Shown: one piece after another, positions 29,788 through 39,048 of the stretch | How positions within the stretch are numbered: the stretch's first letter is position 1 | Layout: every line of letters starts with the position of its first letter | Virus record (IMG/VR): IMGVR_UViG_3300044723_003063 | Location: 1 to 45,513 of that record | Direction: 5' to 3' (one strand) | DNA: 45,513 nt | From: a virus | Lineage: Duplodnaviria > Caudoviricetes | Notes under the pieces: model-generated | What the model saw: only the letters and a program-made list of their open reading frames with translations | The model's database searches: none | What the model was told of the DNA's origin: nothing | Position numbers and translations under genes: made by a program

Positions 29788-31365
29788 TTATTTAAGAAGC
29801 CAGGTGAAATCTTCAGTTCCACCCTGTCCATTATCTATTTGATAAGGATTCTTAGTGTCTGATGGTGAGTATACTCCTTGGTAAGGTGTTTTAGCAGAGG
29901 AGATGTTACCTAAAGCTGCTTTGGTTATATCAATACCCTGCTGGTTTAACTGTAAAGCCGTATCTCGAACGTATAACCCGGTTCCGAACGACATTACCAA
30001 GTCATCATTATAGCCGTACTGTGCTTCCGCCCGTCCGTTCTTCCAGACAAAGACTTTCATCTCTTCAATCAGTCTTTTAGATTGAATGACTACTGCCTTT
30101 TCATTAACGGCTTCTTGAAACTTACCAATAATTAAAGGTCTGGTCTTAGAATTCATAGTAAATCCAGGAGTCATATTAGAATTAATATCATATTGATTAA
30201 AATAAGATTCTGCCGTCAATGTTCCTGATTTAGGAGAATGGTAGAAGTTGTTATAACCCCGGTCTAAGATAGTCTGAATTGCTGCCCAGCCTATAGATGC
30301 ATTTTCAACTACTAATAAGGCTTCATTATATTCTGTTGCTATTGCAACCAGGAGTAAACCAAATTCCTTAGTTCCTATTTGACCTTTATATTCACCGACC
30401 TGGGTATTATTTTCTATATCTAATATATGAAATGCTGAATAGTCCTTACCGTCCCCACGGGCGACGTCGGCAACTACCATATAACTTCTGGAATAATCAA
30501 CCGGTTCCCAGATCCATAAGTTTTGATCTGCTCCTCTTTTTTCCAAAGGCTCTTTCATATAGGTCTTCATATAGAATTCCATATACTCACCGTAGAAAAC
30601 CGTGTCTCCGGATGTACTAAAGTCACAATCACACTCCTGGGCTGCCAGTCTTGGATCTCCTAGTAGTTCATCCTGTCTTTCTCTCCAGGTTTGATCACGT
30701 TCAGGGTGTACATACCACGGTAGTTTAATAGGAAGGAAGTCATTTTCTTTATTTTCAGCTCTTACCCATGTCTGATGAAACCAGTTTCCTGTTCCATACG
30801 GGGTTGATAGTACGATTGCTCCTCCTCCGGTAGCCAAAGTCTGTTGAGCTGATGCCCAAGTCTCGGCAATGTTATCAATAAAGGCTGCCTCGTCAATTAA
30901 GAGTAAAGATACAGCTTCAGAACGTGCTGAATCTGAATTAGAAGACTTAGCCTGGATCTTAGAACCGTTAGCCAGTCTTAAAGATAGTTTATTATGCTCG
31001 ACCGATGGTACTTTTAACCAGGAAGGTAGGTTCTCATACATGAACTGTACCTTTGCTACCAGGTTTCTTGCCGTTGCCTGTGTGGTTGCCAGGGTTAATA
31101 CGTTCTTATCCTTATGAAAAAGCATGAGCCATAGTGAATAACCGGCTCCTAAAGTTGATATTCCAAGCTGTCTAGACTTTAGAATGATAGAATACGGGTT
31201 ATCTTTAAAGTGACTTAGTACTTTTTCCTGGAAAGGGTACAGGTTAAATAAGATTCTACCACGTTGAGGGTGCTGAATATAGCAGTATTTTTTCATAAAG
31301 TGTACCGGATCGGCTACACATCTTACGAATTCCTGTCTTATTATTTGTTTTAAGTCTTGACTCAT
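29788..31365 (-). CDS. Terminase large subunit (T4 gp17-like)
   Basis: KSRQLGIST Walker A, LIDEAAF Walker B, STPYG, nuclease motifs ADVARGDGKDYS and DDLVMS. Confidence 0.97.
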   Translation of the reverse strand: MSQDLKQIIRQEFVRCVADPVHFMKKYCYIQHPQRGRILFNLYPFQEKVLSHFKDNPYSIILKSRQLGISTLGAGYSLWLMLFHKDKNVLTLATTQATARNLVAKVQFMYENLPSWLKVPSVEHNKLSLRLANGSKIQAKSSNSDSARSEAVSLLLIDEAAFIDNIAETWASAQQTLATGGGAIVLSTPYGTGNWFHQTWVRAENKENDFLPIKLPWYVHPERDQTWRERQDELLGDPRLAAQECDCDFSTSGDTVFYGEYMEFYMKTYMKEPLEKRGADQNLWIWEPVDYSRSYMVVADVARGDGKDYSAFHILDIENNTQVGEYKGQIGTKEFGLLLVAIATEYNEALLVVENASIGWAAIQTILDRGYNNFYHSPKSGTLTAESYFNQYDINSNMTPGFTMNSKTRPLIIGKFQEAVNEKAVVIQSKRLIEEMKVFVWKNGRAEAQYGYNDDLVMSFGTGLYVRDTALQLNQQGIDITKAALGNISSAKTPYQGVYSPSDTKNPYQIDNGQGGTEDFTWLLK

Positions 31366-31766
31366 ATTAAAGCTAAGATAAACACAATACAGTTTAGAAC
31401 TGTGATTGCATACGCTACCTGTGTGTTTTTCTTATATTTTTTGACTTGCTTTTTCTTTTCTATGATAATACTATCCTTATTTAGGATAATTTCTTCGTAA
31501 TTTGCTTCGTTTGCTTTATAAATCTCTGTTTGATCTACTAAATTTCCTATTTTAAGCTCCTGATTATCAATAATAGTTGATTGGTAGCTTATAGAATCTC
31601 TTGCTATTTTTAGTTCATTGGAGCAGTTTTCTTTATCTGCTTTCATAATTAAAGCATTTCTCAGAGATCTAACCGGAACTATTGCTGTAGTATCAGTTAA
31701 AAGCTGCTGTGAATTCAGAGACAATACTGTCGTTAGACAGATTAGTAATGCGGCTATGTTCTTCAT
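31362..31766 (-). CDS. Secreted coiled-coil protein with C-terminal TM helix (spanin-like partner)
   Basis: N-terminal signal peptide, coiled coil, C-terminal hydrophobic helix; overlaps the upstream TM gene. Confidence 0.55.
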   Translation of the reverse strand: MKNIAALLICLTTVLSLNSQQLLTDTTAIVPVRSLRNALIMKADKENCSNELKIARDSISYQSTIIDNQELKIGNLVDQTEIYKANEANYEEIILNKDSIIIEKKKQVKKYKKNTQVAYAITVLNCIVFILALI

Positions 31767-32034
31767 TATACTTTTGTTTATACTCCTCAGCTTTTTCAGC
31801 GATATCAGATAATGCAGCTTTATCTTTCAAAACTATAGAATCTAGAACGTGATTTGCTGAGTCTAAGGATGCTATTTTAGCTTTACCGGCCTGTATCTCC
31901 TGTCTTAGAGAGTCTATGCGCTGTTTAAATTCGGCTTCCCTATCAATATAAGGGTCATTATCTCGTATAAAGAGAAACCATAGCAAAACCAGGGCTCCCC
32001 ATACTACAACTATTTGTCCGATATAACGTTTCAT
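31693..32034 (-). CDS. N-terminal TM plus coiled-coil protein (i-spanin-like)
   Basis: IVVVWGALVLLWFLFI transmembrane segment followed by heptads. Confidence 0.55.
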   Translation of the reverse strand: MKRYIGQIVVVWGALVLLWFLFIRDNDPYIDREAEFKQRIDSLRQEIQAGKAKIASLDSANHVLDSIVLKDKAALSDIAEKAEEYKQKYNEEHSRITNLSNDSIVSEFTAAFN

Positions 32035-32303
32035 TCTTTATTAATTTTTACAACCAATTTACCCTCTCCTTTGATCACTCTGTGCCATTGGTGTCTTAAT
32101 ATAAATATAGATGATCCTGGTTCTAAGTTCTGAGGTAGTTTATTATCTAGTTGAAATTTCCATCCTTCTCCGCATTCTACTACTTCAACTAGTCTCTGCT
32201 CATCATCTCTATGCCATAGTAATTCAATAGGATCTATGTTCTTATCGAATTCACGGATTACATAATTAGATCCGGTTTCTATGTCTGTGTAGGGTTTCTC
32301 CAT
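32031..32303 (-). CDS. Small cupin-like protein
   Basis: WHRD..E..WKFQLD..IFI..WHRVIKG cupin-like His pattern. Confidence 0.6.
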   Translation of the reverse strand: MEKPYTDIETGSNYVIREFDKNIDPIELLWHRDDEQRLVEVVECGEGWKFQLDNKLPQNLEPGSSIFILRHQWHRVIKGEGKLVVKINKE

Positions 32304-32761
32304 GTTACAACTTCATCTATCTGTTCTTGAGTCCAGTGCTTGTAGTAGTCTGTAAATTTAAGACTATTTGACTTAGAAGTCAAGTCTGCTAGATCTTGAA
32401 TTATCCAAATGTAGCAATCTGGGAAGGTGGTTGTTACTCCGTTTATGCTAAAAGGGTTTCTTGGATCACTATCTAACACTACTTTATTGGACTGTACTAG
32501 ATTTTTATTTAGATGCCTGGTTTTCATTTCCAAGGCTTCTACTGAGTAATTTTCATAATCAGGGAAGTAAAAGATGCAGACTTTATATTGATAAACATCA
32601 CAGGTACTACCTTGTATTGGTATTTTGTCTAAATTAGTCTCCTGAATAAAGTATTCTTTATTTTGAATCACCGCCCGGGCAAAAGGGCAGATCGGCATAT
32701 TGCTTAATTCTTCTCTTGGTATGATTAAGGTATCAAACCATTCTTTAAGATTCTGTATCAT
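32279..32761 (-). CDS. Hypothetical protein with CPFA motif
   Basis: WFDTLI..PICPFAR, reminiscent of DUF1415-like proteins. Confidence 0.55.
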   Translation of the reverse strand: MIQNLKEWFDTLIIPREELSNMPICPFARAVIQNKEYFIQETNLDKIPIQGSTCDVYQYKVCIFYFPDYENYSVEALEMKTRHLNKNLVQSNKVVLDSDPRNPFSINGVTTTFPDCYIWIIQDLADLTSKSNSLKFTDYYKHWTQEQIDEVVTWRNPTQT

Positions 32762-33176
32762 CTTCCTTGTCTGTTATTGGACCTCCAACAACCCAGGCAT
32801 CACAAGTTCTAGCAGCTGCACATTTGAACTTTAGGAACCTACAATAACCTAATTGTCCGGCTTCAATAACATCGAAAGGATCTTCAGAACCTTCATCATC
32901 TCCTATACCCTTGGCAATACAATCCAAAGTCTTTTTTGCGATATCAAAAGCGGCACAATTACCGCAAAGTGATTTCTTAGCTTCTTCTGCAGAATCGAGC
33001 TCCCACATATTAACTTTAGCCTGCCAGAATTTCTCATTAGGCTCATTTGGATTTAATGGACCGTATCCATATTCATTAATTGCTTTCTGCCTATTCTGAA
33101 GGTTTAATTCAATGTTTTGAGTCGGGGCAGGGCATTTTGCAACCTCTGCTTCGTTTAGGATATCTACGAGTTTCAT
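32745..33176 (-). CDS. Cys-rich protein with MKLVDILNE leader
   Basis: CGNC..GYC..KC..TCDAW; likely binds metal or an Fe-S cluster. Confidence 0.7.
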   Translation of the reverse strand: MKLVDILNEAEVAKCPAPTQNIELNLQNRQKAINEYGYGPLNPNEPNEKFWQAKVNMWELDSAEEAKKSLCGNCAAFDIAKKTLDCIAKGIGDDEGSEDPFDVIEAGQLGYCRFLKFKCAAARTCDAWVVGGPITDKEDDTES

Positions 33177-33580
33177 TTTTTCTTAGATGCTTTTTTTCCC
33201 CAAGTTTTGCCTTTGCCTTTATCCTTACAAGCAGACGGGGTGGGTCTACAAGCAGGATACTTAGATCTTTTTTCTCCTTTTTGTCTTCCGCAGGATTTAT
33301 ATCCGCCCTTACCGTCGGGTGCATTACAGTCTACCCATCCGGAAGAACTTCCTTTGGCTCCTTTTCGAGAGAACCATTTACGTAGAGATTCAGCTTCTTC
33401 AAGTTCCTCTTCTTTGAGATCCTTCCAGATATCTCCTTTACGGCATCTAACTACTGCTCCTGATTTGTAAGCAGAAGGTTTATCATATTTACGATCAGCT
33501 ATCCTTAGACAGCGATCACGCTTCTTTTTCTTCTCTTCTAATACTTCCTGTATGAGGGTATGTAATCTACCAGAAGCCAC
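33173..33580 (-). CDS. Basic two-module Cys-containing protein
   Basis: Modules DRC..PSAYKSGAVVRCRK and LRKWF..GWVDC..CGR..YPACRP, separated by LKEEELEEAE. Confidence 0.7.
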   Translation of the reverse strand: MASGRLHTLIQEVLEEKKKKRDRCLRIADRKYDKPSAYKSGAVVRCRKGDIWKDLKEEELEEAESLRKWFSRKGAKGSSSGWVDCNAPDGKGGYKSCGRQKGEKRSKYPACRPTPSACKDKGKGKTWGKKASKKK

Positions 33581-34163
33581 TATAAGATCCTTTTAATCCA
33601 AGGAGTGAAGCATATCTTGGAAGCCGGCAGCTCCAATAGCCGGGCTTGGTCTTATCTTTTTTCTGGTCACAGTTATGTCTTTTGGCAAATGATTGACGGG
33701 CTTCAGGGTCATTAATTTTAGCCTTAAGTCCGGTAGTACCACCAAAAGATACTTTCTTTACTTTTTTAGTTTTAGGATCCTTAACGTAAACATAGAATTT
33801 TTTAGATCCTCCTCTTTTAGGTTTGCCTAATTCTACTTTTTCTCCTTGATATTCTGCTTCTTCAAGCTGGGGTAGATCCAAAGGTACTTTCTGACCTTCA
33901 AATAGTCCATATTCACCCAGGTGAGTTTCCAGGAGTATGGATTCGTCTGTTTCAGAGACGTCAATGATATTACGTGAATAGAGGTAACGGGCTTCTTTCC
34001 AAAGGCTTAAAAAGCGATTGGATCCATACCGGTACACGTTTTCTGTAATTGCGATCTTATTATCAATATGATAAGTGAGACTCTCGGAGAGAATCTGCCT
34101 GTGCTTATTTTCTTTTAATAAGACAGCTTTTAGGTCGCAAGTATTACATCCACAGCTGCACAT
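33567..34163 (-). CDS. Two-module protein with basic C-terminal domain
   Basis: N-terminal CSCGCNTC; after LEE comes AEYQG..KKFYVYVK..VSFG..SFAKRHNC..YWSC. Confidence 0.75.
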   Translation of the reverse strand: MCSCGCNTCDLKAVLLKENKHRQILSESLTYHIDNKIAITENVYRYGSNRFLSLWKEARYLYSRNIIDVSETDESILLETHLGEYGLFEGQKVPLDLPQLEEAEYQGEKVELGKPKRGGSKKFYVYVKDPKTKKVKKVSFGGTTGLKAKINDPEARQSFAKRHNCDQKKDKTKPGYWSCRLPRYASLLGLKGSYSGFW

Positions 34164-34185
34164 ATGTTATAAATATTAGTTTTTT

Positions 34186-35130
34186 CTAGTTAAAGAGTTT
34201 AGGGAAGTTCATCTGTATCTCAGACGACTTAACAAAGATTCCATTATTTAAAACTCGTTCTGATGGTATATTATTAACTGTTTCTTCTGTTATTTTATAG
34301 TACTTGCCTTTTCCATCTTCACTTACGTTTAAGATAAACCCTACATCTTTACCTAAGTTAGGTTTTTTAGATAGTTTTGTCCATAACATTTTTTTCAGTA
34401 ATTTACTGGTTGCTTCTTCAGCAGAAGCTCCTAATTCTAAACCTAAACTTGTGTATAAGTTAGTTATTTTAGAGAAAAAAGGTTTAGTAACCGGTAAATC
34501 TTGTAGACTTTTATCCTTTATAAGTTCTTCTAAAACTTTAAATCCTGCTAGTACTATAGAGGTTTTAAAATTACCTGTATTACCCTGTATATTGTCTTCT
34601 GTAAAAAGAGCAAGAGTTCCAAATATCTGATTAAGGAGCTCTATTGATGCTTTATCTCTTCCGAATTTTCCTAGGGTTATAACGTTGGCATCGTAAGATT
34701 TTACCTCTACTCCATACCCTCCGATAATTAAATCAGGATCTTCAGATTGCCGGGCATCCTGTGCTTCTATAGGTTTTTCGTTATATTGATAAGCCCAATA
34801 AGCTGCTATTTCACCTTTTCCTGCACCAGCGGTTGGAACATCACTATCTTTTTTCAAAGGAAGTACCGGGTAAAGCTCTTTCCATATTTTTTCATCTTCT
34901 CCAGATAGGTTAAAATCTTTACCAACCTGTACAGGGGTTTTACACCTAGGTATTTCATCTACTCCTAATACCTGCTTTATACGGGCATCATAATCTTCGG
35001 TCACTTCTAAAAGTATATTTTCGCCGATAAGTTCTTCCAGTAGAGCTCTATCTTCTGGGTTACTAATATCAGGGTATCCTTTTGGGAACTTATAGGCTAC
35101 CTTTCTTATAAATTTTTCTAGTATATCCAT
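34186..35130 (-). CDS. PD-(D/E)XK nuclease-like protein
   Basis: GKGEIA..DPDLIIGGYGVEVKS after an N-terminal leader ending NILLE. Confidence 0.65.
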   Translation of the reverse strand: MDILEKFIRKVAYKFPKGYPDISNPEDRALLEELIGENILLEVTEDYDARIKQVLGVDEIPRCKTPVQVGKDFNLSGEDEKIWKELYPVLPLKKDSDVPTAGAGKGEIAAYWAYQYNEKPIEAQDARQSEDPDLIIGGYGVEVKSYDANVITLGKFGRDKASIELLNQIFGTLALFTEDNIQGNTGNFKTSIVLAGFKVLEELIKDKSLQDLPVTKPFFSKITNLYTSLGLELGASAEEATSKLLKKMLWTKLSKKPNLGKDVGFILNVSEDGKGKYYKITEETVNNIPSERVLNNGIFVKSSEIQMNFPKLFN

Positions 35131-35618
35131 TATGCTTCAAATTCTTCTTCCGTTCCTGGTACTTCAGGTTCAGAAGCTATTCCTCCGGCTTCTTCTGTGC
35201 CGGTATCTAATCCTCCTCCAGTATCAAATGCTGCTTCGGTGTCTGCTGTACCTTCTACAGATTTTTTAGCGTATCTTAACATACGGGCAATCGCTGCCAT
35301 TGCTCTCTCTTCTTCTGAAAGATTAAGCAGGTAGTATTTTTTACCTTCCACTTCTGCCACCCAAGATCTTTTCATATCTGTTAGGTAAAAGAAATAATCG
35401 TTTTCAAGTATAATCCTAAACGTAGGAGGTTTAGGAGCTACATAGTCGATGTTCTTTACAAACTTAGAAAAGTCTTCCGACATCAAATCACCTAAGATAG
35501 GAATCAATTCAGGGACCTCATTCAGGATTTTATATTCCTGATATTTGTTGGTTGCTGCTGATTTAAAACGGTTAACTACCGTACTCCTGATTAGTTTTCT
35601 TAGTTGATTTCTGTTCAT
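35130..35618 (-). CDS. Hypothetical protein
   Basis: 162 aa, acidic tail, MNRNQLRKLI leader, TAATG-coupled to the next gene. Confidence 0.7.
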   Translation of the reverse strand: MNRNQLRKLIRSTVVNRFKSAATNKYQEYKILNEVPELIPILGDLMSEDFSKFVKNIDYVAPKPPTFRIILENDYFFYLTDMKRSWVAEVEGKKYYLLNLSEEERAMAAIARMLRYAKKSVEGTADTEAAFDTGGGLDTGTEEAGGIASEPEVPGTEEEFEA

Positions 35619-35622
35619 TATT

Positions 35623-37980
35623 TTAGTTCATAAAACCGCCTTTGGTTGCGGAGAAGTCCATGACTTTATTTAATTTCTTAGGTACTGAAGACTCTTGGTC
35701 GTCAAAGTAAACTTTATTTCTTAAGGTTGTAATCTTCCTTCTTTTAAGGTCAAAAGGTACTAAAGAAGGCTTTCCTTCTGATGCACTGAATACAATTTGG
35801 TAAATCCTACCGTCACCGCCTTTAACTACATCTCCGATGCTTAAGGCCGTTCCTGTTTCATCTGCTACTCTGTCATTTTCAACCATAGCAGGAACTGTGC
35901 TTGATAAAGCCTCACCTTCTAAATAGGTTCTAACAGCATCAAGATAATCTTCGGCTTTGGTTAGTTTAGACTGTACCCAAGACTTTAATTGAGTTTTTTC
36001 ATCCATCATATTAAATAGATCTCTGGCATTCTTAACAATTGATAGAAGCTGTGATTGGGCCATCTTACCTTCGTAGTCATATTTATGACCTTCGGTTAAG
36101 ACTTCAGAAACTACTTCAACTTCTGCATCAGGATTTTCTTTTGATACTTTAGCTGCTTCTTCAGGAGTTTTAACTTTAACGATTTCTTTAATCTTCTTTA
36201 ATGCTTTATCCTTAAGAGCCTTTTTCATAGTCTCTTTTTTGTCTCCATCTTTATCAACGTCTAGGAAATCAGGCTTAGCTGCTTCATTCCATGATTCCAC
36301 ATATTCAAGATCTTTTAACGGTAAAGTAGTAGTAGATCCATCCCAATTGTGTATTTTTACATTATCACCATCGATAGATTTAACCTTACCTCCTGTAAAA
36401 TTTTTGTCTTTTTTATACCTAACAAAGGTTCCTACTTTAATTTGTTCCATTTCTTTATTTTCATCATGATCTTTACCTTTTTTCTCTGCTATAGTAGCAT
36501 CAATTGCTGGTTCGTTTTCTTCGAACTCTAGATAATGCTGTGCTTTAGATATGTAATCTCTGGCTTTAATTACTTTGGACTGCCACCAGTGAGGAAAATC
36601 TACTTCTCCGTCCATTTTATCGTACTTATCTAACTGCTTATAAAGTTTAGAAGCGTAATCTATAATATCATATAGATCTTTTTTGAGCATATGCGGCTCA
36701 TCGTCTTGATGTCCTAAATCAAGATCTTCATTATACTGTGTTACTGGTGGTATTTTTGATCTCATTTTATCTTTTGGGTCGCTTTTAGTAGCCCCTCTTT
36801 CTCTAGCATCTTTAGTCAATCGTCCTTTAACTAGATTTCCGGACTTAGTAAAATAATGTCCGTCTGGAGCAGATTTAGTTTCTTCTACAGAATTAACTTT
36901 CTTATAAGTTACAAAAGGCTCCTCTCCGTATCCATATTTAATTTGTGCTTTAACTCCGGCCTTCTCATTATTAATTGCATTAACTACGTCTTCAGCGTTT
37001 TGATTAGCTTTATAAAATAAGGATTTAACGTCTAAGGATTGTCCTGGCTCTAGATTAAACATTCTAACCAAGTCTCCTTTATCGTATCCTGTACCTCCGA
37101 TATTTACTTTATTGTGATCTGAGTTGTAGTAAACGGAAAGGTTTTGAGGATTATCTGCCGACTTAACTAAGTCTATTATTTTCATATAATCAACGTTTAC
37201 TTTTTGTACAGGTTGCATGTCTTTAATGAATACTTCATCTTCTAGTCCTTCTGCATTTTTAACTATAGCAACTCCGGATGGATCCATAGCAACTATTGTT
37301 GCTTTTTCTGGTCCGTTAGCTTTAGTTCCTCTCATAAAGACATTTACTGTATCACCTTCTTTAAAATTGTTTTGTGATTCATCTACTTCTTTCATCTCTT
37401 TCTTTTCATCACTGCTGTGACCGAAAGTCTTATGAACAAGTTTATCTAACTCTCTATGGAACTTATCTTCCTCTGCTGCTGTAGCTCCTCCTTCTTCTTC
37501 CTCTAAACTAGCTGCCCTTCTTTCGATTTCATCTTTAGACATGTAAATTGCCTGATCATAAGGCATTTCTTTTCTACCTTCTAATTTATCAATTGCGGCA
37601 TCTATTTTATTAAGCATAGCACCGTACCTATCAGCAATTGGACCTCCTTCTGGTTCTGCTTCTTGTTCCATATCGATCATGATTTGGGCACGTTTTTTCT
37701 TTAAAGCATCAATTTTAGAAGCATTTTTAACTGCTGCGTAATTAGGGTTAATAGATTTTTTAGGTTCGGCTGCTTTCTTTTTCCTAGCTGCCATTTGTGC
37801 TCTAAATGCAGCAAGTGCTGGGTCATTAACATCAATAGCTTCTTCTAGAGAGCCGTATTTTTCTCTATAGGCTGCTAAGGCCATATCCTTACGTTCTTCT
37901 TTTGATTTACCTTTAAATTGAGGTGCATTTGACTTCATAAAGTCTTTAATCCAGTTTCCAACGTCTTTATTTAACGGCAT
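35623..37980 (-). CDS. Multi-module putative internal head protein
   Basis: Short modules separated by x-x-E sites: three SH3/KOW-like segments, two WxQSK helical repeats and an EF-hand-like DVDKDGD. Confidence 0.75.
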   Translation of the reverse strand: MPLNKDVGNWIKDFMKSNAPQFKGKSKEERKDMALAAYREKYGSLEEAIDVNDPALAAFRAQMAARKKKAAEPKKSINPNYAAVKNASKIDALKKKRAQIMIDMEQEAEPEGGPIADRYGAMLNKIDAAIDKLEGRKEMPYDQAIYMSKDEIERRAASLEEEEGGATAAEEDKFHRELDKLVHKTFGHSSDEKKEMKEVDESQNNFKEGDTVNVFMRGTKANGPEKATIVAMDPSGVAIVKNAEGLEDEVFIKDMQPVQKVNVDYMKIIDLVKSADNPQNLSVYYNSDHNKVNIGGTGYDKGDLVRMFNLEPGQSLDVKSLFYKANQNAEDVVNAINNEKAGVKAQIKYGYGEEPFVTYKKVNSVEETKSAPDGHYFTKSGNLVKGRLTKDARERGATKSDPKDKMRSKIPPVTQYNEDLDLGHQDDEPHMLKKDLYDIIDYASKLYKQLDKYDKMDGEVDFPHWWQSKVIKARDYISKAQHYLEFEENEPAIDATIAEKKGKDHDENKEMEQIKVGTFVRYKKDKNFTGGKVKSIDGDNVKIHNWDGSTTTLPLKDLEYVESWNEAAKPDFLDVDKDGDKKETMKKALKDKALKKIKEIVKVKTPEEAAKVSKENPDAEVEVVSEVLTEGHKYDYEGKMAQSQLLSIVKNARDLFNMMDEKTQLKSWVQSKLTKAEDYLDAVRTYLEGEALSSTVPAMVENDRVADETGTALSIGDVVKGGDGRIYQIVFSASEGKPSLVPFDLKRRKITTLRNKVYFDDQESSVPKKLNKVMDFSATKGGFMN

Positions 37981-37987
37981 TTTATTT

Positions 37988-39034
37988 TTATTTAAGGTAT
38001 TTTTCGTAAAGGTCTAACATCCCCCCTGTCTCTCTTCTGTAAGTTTCTTCATCATGGGCTATCTGGGTTTTTGTTTGTTCATCCATCCATTTATCTTTGA
38101 ACTCGGCATAGTCTACAAGAAAATCTGATTCAGTCCAGTTCATGTATTTACCGGTACCGTTATCCTCAATTTCTTTTTCAATTGACTTTCGCCAAGCTTT
38201 AACTACTTCTGGAATATCTTTCTGAAGTCTAGACAGGGCGTTAGCGTATCCGGATTTATCTTCATCTAATTGATCGGCAGTACTTTCAGTATCTTCTCCT
38301 TTAAGAGCTTTTTCAATAGTCTTAACGTGCATATCAATATAGGAATGCTCATCCTCAAGACCCATCATCTTAGCCATTGACATGATTTGGTCGGCAAGAT
38401 TCTGTGCCATCAACATATAGCCTTCATCCGTTCCTGATTCTTCATCGTTTAAGATGTGCTTTTCAAGGGCGAATAAAGCATCCTGTAACTTGGCAGCTCT
38501 TTCAGCCATATCCATATCCTCAACTTTGTCTTCAATGTCTGTGTAAACTCCGGTTGCACCCGGGCACATATCAAAGTATTTAGTCTGGTAAGAACCTACC
38601 ATTAACTCTTGAGGATCATCTTCTTCTCCTTCGGTTAAGGTCTCTTCCATTTCCGGCTGTTTACCAGGGAATCCAAACATTACGTGGTCTAATATCTTCT
38701 TGTTAAACTCGTCTTCTAGTTGTCTGTATTCTGAACTAGCTATAGGGAGTCCTTTTACTTTCTTTACATGGTCGTACCAATCTTCAATTCTAAATACTCT
38801 GAAGTGGTGTCGGCCCATATCGAAGTAGATGTCTTCTCCTTCTAGGTTTTTTGCTGTATACTTACCTCCGGGTAAAGACCAGTCTAGTTTTAGAGTACCG
38901 GGCTGTATCTTATCTCCGTAAAATTTTTCAATAGCATCCTCGGAGCTGAGAAGTTCTTCTTTGAGTTCTTCTTCGTTTTCGGTCATATAGACGTACTTCC
39001 TTCTCCAGGAGTACATATCGAAAGACTTGTTCAT
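37988..39034 (-). CDS. Multi-module acidic putative internal protein
   Basis: MTE, LKE, LTE and LDE breakpoints; TATTTATT 3 nt upstream of ATG. Confidence 0.7.
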   Translation of the reverse strand: MNKSFDMYSWRRKYVYMTENEEELKEELLSSEDAIEKFYGDKIQPGTLKLDWSLPGGKYTAKNLEGEDIYFDMGRHHFRVFRIEDWYDHVKKVKGLPIASSEYRQLEDEFNKKILDHVMFGFPGKQPEMEETLTEGEEDDPQELMVGSYQTKYFDMCPGATGVYTDIEDKVEDMDMAERAAKLQDALFALEKHILNDEESGTDEGYMLMAQNLADQIMSMAKMMGLEDEHSYIDMHVKTIEKALKGEDTESTADQLDEDKSGYANALSRLQKDIPEVVKAWRKSIEKEIEDNGTGKYMNWTESDFLVDYAEFKDKWMDEQTKTQIAHDEETYRRETGGMLDLYEKYLK

Positions 39035-39048
39035 ATTAATAAATAGCT

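Noticed and set aside
29788-31365. Intein or intron in terminase, portal or capsid genes
   Set aside because: Lengths and motif spacing are normal; no splicing motifs seen.
33080-33470. Overlapping small ORFs (33080-33385 +, 33109-33324 -, 33207-33470 +)
   Set aside because: They overlap better-supported minus-strand genes and have no recognisable motifs.
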